DNA of 64,000 bases from Trypanosoma brucei (Eukaryota), in the NCBI GenBank assembly GCA_000002445.1, contig CH464491.1, positions 2,496,001-2,560,000 on the forward strand. Direction: 5' to 3'. The first letter of the stretch is position 1, and each line of letters opens with the position of its first letter. The translations under genes and the position numbers were made by a program. Below are positions 58,603 to 64,000 of this stretch, piece by piece. The notes under the pieces are model-generated. The model was not told the origin of the DNA. It made no database searches and saw nothing but the letters and a program-made list of their open reading frames with translations.

Positions 58603-59502
58603 TTATCCCCCTGAGGGCAACTGACGCGCCCTTTCCCTCGCGAGCGCTACGTCAGCGGACTGTATGGGAAGACCTGCAGACACTGCGTATTGCTCGTCAT
58701 CACGCAGGCCACGATGCACATCGCATAGTTGAGAGTTCGCCCGGCGTTTCGCCAAACGAATCTCACACAAGTTCGATTCCAGCAATTGTACCTGCAGTGC
58801 CGATAAACGTTCGAACTGTCGCAAAGAAACTTCAGGGAGAGGAGGCATACCCGGCTGCGGCTGCGGCACCCTTTGAGCCTCAACCTCTTCCTTTCGTTGC
58901 TCCGTATACCGCGCGACATCATCGTAACAGTCCACACAACGGAGTTTCTCCAACGCCCTCCGGTTGCTATTGCGCGCATGCGTAATACCAGCACCCATGG
59001 CGCGCAGCAGCAGGCGGGTAGCCACAACGGCCACAAAACAAGTGGCTACTCCAACAGCAATAGCTCCCACAGGCCGCCGTCGCATCAGCGGCCAGCGCCG
59101 TCGACCTACAGAAAGTACCGCGAAACCACTTGCCACGCCCACACAGAGCGCTGCATTCATTGTGGTGAAGTCGTAGCGCCAACGCCCACCGGCACGCGCA
59201 CGCACAGCCGCAGCGAGGTAAGCGTAGCGAAGAACACCGTACGTCCCCGCGGCTGCCTTCACAGCCGCCTCGTCAACAAGGACATACCCACCATGTATGT
59301 CGAGGGGCAGAGCCTTGTTGAAGTAACCGCTCATGTTGGGAACATTCCAAAAAGTAAACCTGTCCGGCCGCAATCCCGCAAGCTGCAAACACGCCTCCCC
59401 CAGCGTACGATAGGTGGGCGAAGCATCTTCGTGGTACAACGATATATGCGTGGCAAGCTGATGGAACTGAGCCTTAGCGGTGAAGTAAAGACCGTCCATC
59501 AC
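58603..59502 (-). CDS. Hypothetical membrane protein (~2 TM helices, Arg-rich)
   Basis: Hydrophobic segments 'AALCVGVASGFAVLSVG' and 'VGAIAVGVATCFVAVVATRLLL'. On the coding strand of the unit. No family recognised. Confidence 0.5.
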   Translation of the reverse strand: MMDGLYFTAKAQFHQLATHISLYHEDASPTYRTLGEACLQLAGLRPDRFTFWNVPNMSGYFNKALPLDIHGGYVLVDEAAVKAAAGTYGVLRYAYLAAAVRARAGGRWRYDFTTMNAALCVGVASGFAVLSVGRRRWPLMRRRPVGAIAVGVATCFVAVVATRLLLRAMGAGITHARNSNRRALEKLRCVDCYDDVARYTEQRKEEVEAQRVPQPQPGMPPLPEVSLRQFERLSALQVQLLESNLCEIRLAKRRANSQLCDVHRGLRDDEQYAVSAGLPIQSADVALARERARQLPSGG

Positions 59503-59763
59503 TGTTCCCTATGTGTGCCCTGGAGGCCACGAGCAAGACACAGAAATGAGTCAAGGGGAAACAGTAACATCAACAAATACAAAGCGTCACGGTACATACA
59601 GCGAAGCAGTGCCGCGGACTGCGGAGGAGTGAAAACCAGCAAAAGAAACACCGGAATACACGGCACAGCACGTGAGTGCACGGCAGGTGTAATAACCTAA
59701 TACCAGATGGTTCCCGCAACACAATTAGGCAATGAGGTGGTGTAACATGCGAGAGGGATGAGT

Positions 59764-60336
59764 CTACCGCTGGACAATTTCCGCATCACCTTCGTCAGTA
59801 AACGCCTTGTGCGCGTCTAACAGAATCTGGATATCCTCCAGCAACCCACAGGCTCGCGCGGCTGCAGCAGCAACAACAAACAGAAGGGCAAGCAGCGCAA
59901 TACCGGAAACCGTCTGCTTTCCAGCAGCGGAGAGTATTGCCCTCAGGAGAGCAACGGGGAAAGACTCCTGTGGTAGTTTCACCGATGCCTCCAGAAGTAT
60001 GGAGGAAAGGGTCGAAAACACCAATGAGAAGGACAGGGAGACAATCAATGCACCAAAGGATATGCGAAGGAAACCCGCACTGGCGACAAACACAGTTCCT
60101 GTGACTACGACCACAACCGACACCACAACTATCAGAACTGACAGTACCTCCTCGCCCATCACACTACACTTGATGAAAATAGTTGTCACCTGCATACAGA
60201 AGGTGGTGGCATGATGGACAAAAATAGAAAAGAAATAAAAAGAAACAATATCGTCAAAAAATCCATATCGGAAGCGCTGAGAAGGGCACGGCGATGCAGC
60301 AAGACGAAGAAGCGCTAGCAGGGAAGCACCGTCCAC
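59764..60336 (-). CDS. Hypothetical small multi-pass membrane protein
   Basis: Strongly hydrophobic 'VLSVLIVVVSVVVVVTGTVFVASAGFL...IVSLSFSLVFSTLSSILL...GIALLALLFVVAAAAA'. The start is ambiguous, with alternative internal Met codons. Confidence 0.4.
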   Translation of the reverse strand: MDGASLLALLRLAASPCPSQRFRYGFFDDIVSFYFFSIFVHHATTFCMQVTTIFIKCSVMGEEVLSVLIVVVSVVVVVTGTVFVASAGFLRISFGALIVSLSFSLVFSTLSSILLEASVKLPQESFPVALLRAILSAAGKQTVSGIALLALLFVVAAAAARACGLLEDIQILLDAHKAFTDEGDAEIVQR

Positions 60337-60938
60337 TGAACGAGCACATGTTGGCCATGCCTGTCACTCGTTTTGTTGCTAATGAAGCGAAGTATACCCC
60401 ATCATTCTTATCGTTCCTATTAAAACTTCACAATTTCTCCCTTGTAGACATGCGTGGCTGCGCTTACGCGCTTCACGGCAATAAAGCAGTTAGAGGAGGC
60501 ACCGCGCGCCGCTTGACTGTGACTTCACGATGTAGAGGCCGCGCACTGTTGCCACACTGAAATAATAAGGAAAAAAACAAATCACAACAACAGGAATGAA
60601 GAAATAGTAAAGCCAGAAAAGCAAACAAACAGAGGGCGTATCGGTAACACCCTCCCTAGTCGCATGCCGCGCAGTATTACTCCTCGTTTCACTCAGCTGA
60701 TTAGTTGCCGTTATCATGCACACCTCACATCTCTCCATACTGTCAGTTACCATTGCTTCCATTAATTCCCTGAATTTTTCCCACCCCCCGTTTTTACTGG
60801 CCGCGTGCAGCGTGCGGTTACGAAAACGTTCTCATCATACTGATTTCCGCGCACGTACGCACATTGGTCGAACGTACCATTTTTTTAATACTTGAACAGA
60901 CGCGTAGGTGCATCCCAGCAGCCCCTGAAGTGGAAATC

Positions 60939-62252
60939 TTAGTAACGGTAGTGGTCAGGTTTGAAGGGACCGTCGACAGGACAGTTGATGTATTCTGCCT
61001 GTTTCGGTGTGAGCTTTGTCAGCTTAGCGCCCAGCTTGCCGAGGTGCAATGCAGCAACCTTTTCGTCAAGCTTCTTGGGTAGGAAGTAAACCTGAGCCTT
61101 GGCGCCACGTGGGTACTTGCCGGTGTCTCGGTTTGTCCACAACTCAATTTGGGCAAGGACCTGGTTGCAGAAGGAGTTCGACATCACAAAGGAGGGATGG
61201 CCAGAAGCACAACCCAGGTTGACCAGGCGACCCTCAGCCAGAAGAATAATGTGGCGGCCATTGGCCATGGTGTAGCGATCCACCTGCGGTTTCACTTCCA
61301 CGCGCTCCTTCGCATTTGCCTTCAGCCACGCCACCTGGATCTCTGTGTCGAAGTGGCCGATGTTGCACACAATTGCATCGTCACGCATGCGGGGGAAATG
61401 CTCCGATGTGATGATATCGTCGTTGCCGGTCGTCGTGACGAAAATGTGTGCCTCCTCGACAACATCCTCAACCAATAGCACCTGATAGCCCTCCATCGCA
61501 GCCTGCAGCGCATTAATTGGATCAACCTCCGTCACAACGACACGTGCTCCAAAGCCACGCAGCGCAGCCGCGCAACCTTTGCCCACGTCACCATATCCAC
61601 AGACACATGCGGTCTTGCCAGCAATCATTACATCGGTAGCACGCTTGATGCCGTCCACGAGAGACTCACGGCAACCGTACAGATTGTCGAACTTGCTCTT
61701 CGTCACACTGTCGTTCACATTCATGGCGGGGATGGTCAGCTTACCCCGCTGCAGCCGCTTGTACAGGTTTTTTACACCTGTCGTTGTCTCCTCGGAGACA
61801 CCGTATATTTTTCCGTCCAGCTCCTTGCACTCATCCAGGACGTAATTTGTCAGGTCGCCACCGTCGTCGAGCAACATGTTGGGGTAACCATCACCGCTGA
61901 AGCCCTTCAGTGTCTGCTTCATACACCACATGTACTCCTCTTCAGTTTCGCCCTTCCACGCAAAAACAGGGATACCCCGCTTCGCAATCGCGGCGGCTGC
62001 ATGGTCCTGTGTGGAGAAGATGTTGCACGAGGCCCACCGCACTTCAGCACCGAGCTCCACAAGCGTCTCGATAAGCACAGCAGTCTGCATAGTCATGTGC
62101 AGGCAGCCAGCGATCTTGGCACCCTTCAGAGGCTTCGAAGGGCCGTACTCACGGCGAAGTTCCATGAGACCCGGCATTTCGTTCTCTGCGAGCTCAAGCT
62201 CCCTGCGGCCCCATTCAGCGAGGCTGATATCACGTACCTTGTAATCAGTCAT
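60939..62252 (-). CDS. SAHH: S-adenosyl-L-homocysteine hydrolase (adenosylhomocysteinase)
   Basis: '[64 protein letters not shown]' matches the canonical AdoHcyase N-terminus. An NAD-binding '[10 protein letters not shown]' is present. The C-terminus ends '...PDHYRY'. Confidence 0.95.
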   Translation of the reverse strand: MTDYKVRDISLAEWGRRELELAENEMPGLMELRREYGPSKPLKGAKIAGCLHMTMQTAVLIETLVELGAEVRWASCNIFSTQDHAAAAIAKRGIPVFAWKGETEEEYMWCMKQTLKGFSGDGYPNMLLDDGGDLTNYVLDECKELDGKIYGVSEETTTGVKNLYKRLQRGKLTIPAMNVNDSVTKSKFDNLYGCRESLVDGIKRATDVMIAGKTACVCGYGDVGKGCAAALRGFGARVVVTEVDPINALQAAMEGYQVLLVEDVVEEAHIFVTTTGNDDIITSEHFPRMRDDAIVCNIGHFDTEIQVAWLKANAKERVEVKPQVDRYTMANGRHIILLAEGRLVNLGCASGHPSFVMSNSFCNQVLAQIELWTNRDTGKYPRGAKAQVYFLPKKLDEKVAALHLGKLGAKLTKLTPKQAEYINCPVDGPFKPDHYRY

Positions 62253-63073
62253 TATTCAATAAGAGTGTTTTAACCTCACTGCAGAATGTATGAGAGTTAG
62301 ACCGACGAACTTGAATGATCTCCGTTGATGTAAACCAATTTGTTTGTTTGCTTCAAGTGGCTTATTCTGTGTCCAAGAAACAGAGGAGGGACGAAGGTAA
62401 ATGTAAACAGCGTACAACGGGTAACGACTATTGGTGGATTCAACAAAAGTACTCACAAGTGGGTCTCCGCAGCTATCGCAAAATAGCTCCCCTGAAGAGA
62501 CGTCACGGCCACCCAAGCACATCCGAACAAACATACGTACGAAGTTTTACTGATATGAGTGATGTGTGGGTTATGTCGGACTTTTTTCAAAAAAAAAAAG
62601 GAAATATATCGTGCTACCACGTGTAAAAGTCAAGCCGTAGTTTGTGTAACAACGAGAAAGTGGTAAATCACCAGCCATAGTCACCATTGTGCCGTGTAAA
62701 TGGGGAAAATATCGCTTTTTCTAGATTCAGGAAGCCGAGAGGGCATCAAGCTGGTGGCAATATTGTGCATGCCTGAACGATAATTCTTTGTTAGGCCACA
62801 ATATCCCGGTATTTATGATTGAGGAAAGTCGTAAAACCACCGGCATCAGCTTGAATGCCGCGCCGCTCCGAGTCAAACCGCTCTTATTTGGTAGGTAAGC
62901 TTACGGAGGAGCGCAGTACCTGTAGTAGAAACGGCTGTGGCGAAACAACGAAGGTGTGACGAATATCTTTAATCAATAACAAACAGAACTAGTAGGAACA
63001 AAAGTTCAGCAAGGAGGTGGCGGGATGCAACTGAACTTACGGCAGTTGTCGACTGAGTTCGCTAAATGTGAGG

Positions 63074-63979
63074 CTATATGTAATGCGCCTCCAACCACTC
63101 CTCCGGAGGGGTGGCAAGCGCCTCTTTTTCTTCGAAGGTGAGGAAATCATCTTCTGGCCCACGCTCATCAACAGGTATAAGCTCCTGCAGCACGCCTAAC
63201 GCCCACCGCACGTACGACACATGCTCCAAGTAGTGCACCCACTCCGCTACCCACCGTACCCAATCCAGCGTAACGCCGTGGTCCTGCATTACATCATACA
63301 ATTCGTTCAGCATGTCCAACTCGAGGTGCCAGAGACAAGGGCCGTCATAGTAGAGATTGTGACGTACCCATGCTGCGTCGTCGGTAGTTGACATCAGTCT
63401 TTCACATTCAGAGTCCCTGTTCGGCAAATCTTGCTTCTCAGGATCATTAGGCGATAGTTCGTCCTGAGCCTTGTATACTCTCACGTTTCGCATATGCATG
63501 CCACCCTCGGTGGAAGCAATCGAAAAGTGGACAACAACACCGTTCCGCTCCATCAGTACATTTATTGGATACCAGTCCATGAAATACAGCAGGGGATTCA
63601 GTGATTCGGGGTTTTCCACTGTAATTGGGCTGTATGCCACAACCCGTGCGGTGCGCGACCTTGAGTCCCCTTTGTGGGAGAAAATCGCAAGGTTTACGGC
63701 TTCATCGTGATGAACCGACCAGCCCTGCATCGGTGCTGGTGGCTTTGTATAAGCTTCAAGGCGCATTTCGTCCGAAAGGTCTTTGTACAAAGGTCGGAAT
63801 AGTTTGTACGTGCCTGTGCCGTACTTCGCTTCCATCGCACGGCTCCATGCGGTCGCTTCGTCCCCCGTAGTATCTGTAGACAGCGCTCGGTGATGCACTA
63901 GTTGCAGCAGCTTTCCCTGCCACAGAGGCAACGGGACAGCAGCAACTCCACGCCGCCACATTCTGCAACACCGCAGCAA
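63074..63979 (-). CDS. Hypothetical protein with predicted mitochondrial presequence (Trp/acid-rich C-terminal half)
   Basis: The N-terminus 'MLRCCRMWRRGVAAVPLPLWQGKLLQLVHHRAL' is a basic amphipathic presequence-like stretch. No recognisable domain. The ORF starts 21 nt from the window end, so the upstream context is not visible. Confidence 0.5.
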   Translation of the reverse strand: MLRCCRMWRRGVAAVPLPLWQGKLLQLVHHRALSTDTTGDEATAWSRAMEAKYGTGTYKLFRPLYKDLSDEMRLEAYTKPPAPMQGWSVHHDEAVNLAIFSHKGDSRSRTARVVAYSPITVENPESLNPLLYFMDWYPINVLMERNGVVVHFSIASTEGGMHMRNVRVYKAQDELSPNDPEKQDLPNRDSECERLMSTTDDAAWVRHNLYYDGPCLWHLELDMLNELYDVMQDHGVTLDWVRWVAEWVHYLEHVSYVRWALGVLQELIPVDERGPEDDFLTFEEKEALATPPEEWLEAHYI

Positions 63980-64000
63980 CTACAAAACAGTTCACCAGGC

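Noticed and set aside
1-64000. Operon-like functional clustering or a novel multi-gene system (for example a defence or biosynthetic island)
   Set aside because: This is a eukaryotic polycistronic array. Adjacent genes here are unrelated housekeeping functions, as expected. No co-functional cluster is evident. I do not claim a novel multi-gene system in this window.

Overview
This window reads as nuclear DNA from a trypanosomatid, most likely a Trypanosoma of the cruzi clade. The evidence is long intron-less ORFs packed head-to-tail on one strand, polypyrimidine tracts upstream of each ORF, frequent (AT)n and (GT)n microsatellites, about 50% GC, and a phosphonopyruvate-decarboxylase-like gene. 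There are two convergent polycistronic transcription units. A plus-strand unit carries about 10 genes from 730 to 23294. A minus-strand unit carries about 24 genes from 26009 to the window end at 63979. They meet at a 2.7 kb convergent strand-switch region, about 23.3-26.0 kb, that has unusual homopolymer tracts and no recognisable tRNA. Recognisable products include: a pseudokinase, a Pus7/TruD pseudouridine synthase, a Rad3/XPD-family Fe-S helicase, a Kelch protein, a TPP-dependent phosphonopyruvate/sulfopyruvate-decarboxylase-like enzyme, COQ2 prenyltransferase, an LRR protein, LipB octanoyltransferase, an acidic tandem-repeat protein, V-ATPase subunit E, cyclophilin, ArfGAP, tubulin cofactor C, a CobW GTPase, an 8x CCHC zinc-knuckle plus NYN-domain protein, topoisomerase III alpha, 14-3-3, an RFC small subunit, a GMC oxidoreductase and S-adenosylhomocysteine hydrolase. 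I found no rRNA, convincing tRNA, CRISPR array, intact mobile element or prokaryote-style functional gene cluster. As expected for trypanosomatid units, gene neighbours are functionally unrelated. All calls rest on by-eye motif recognition in the translated ORFs. No database search was run. Several ORF-track start codons are probably upstream artefacts, and I give motif-supported downstream ATGs.
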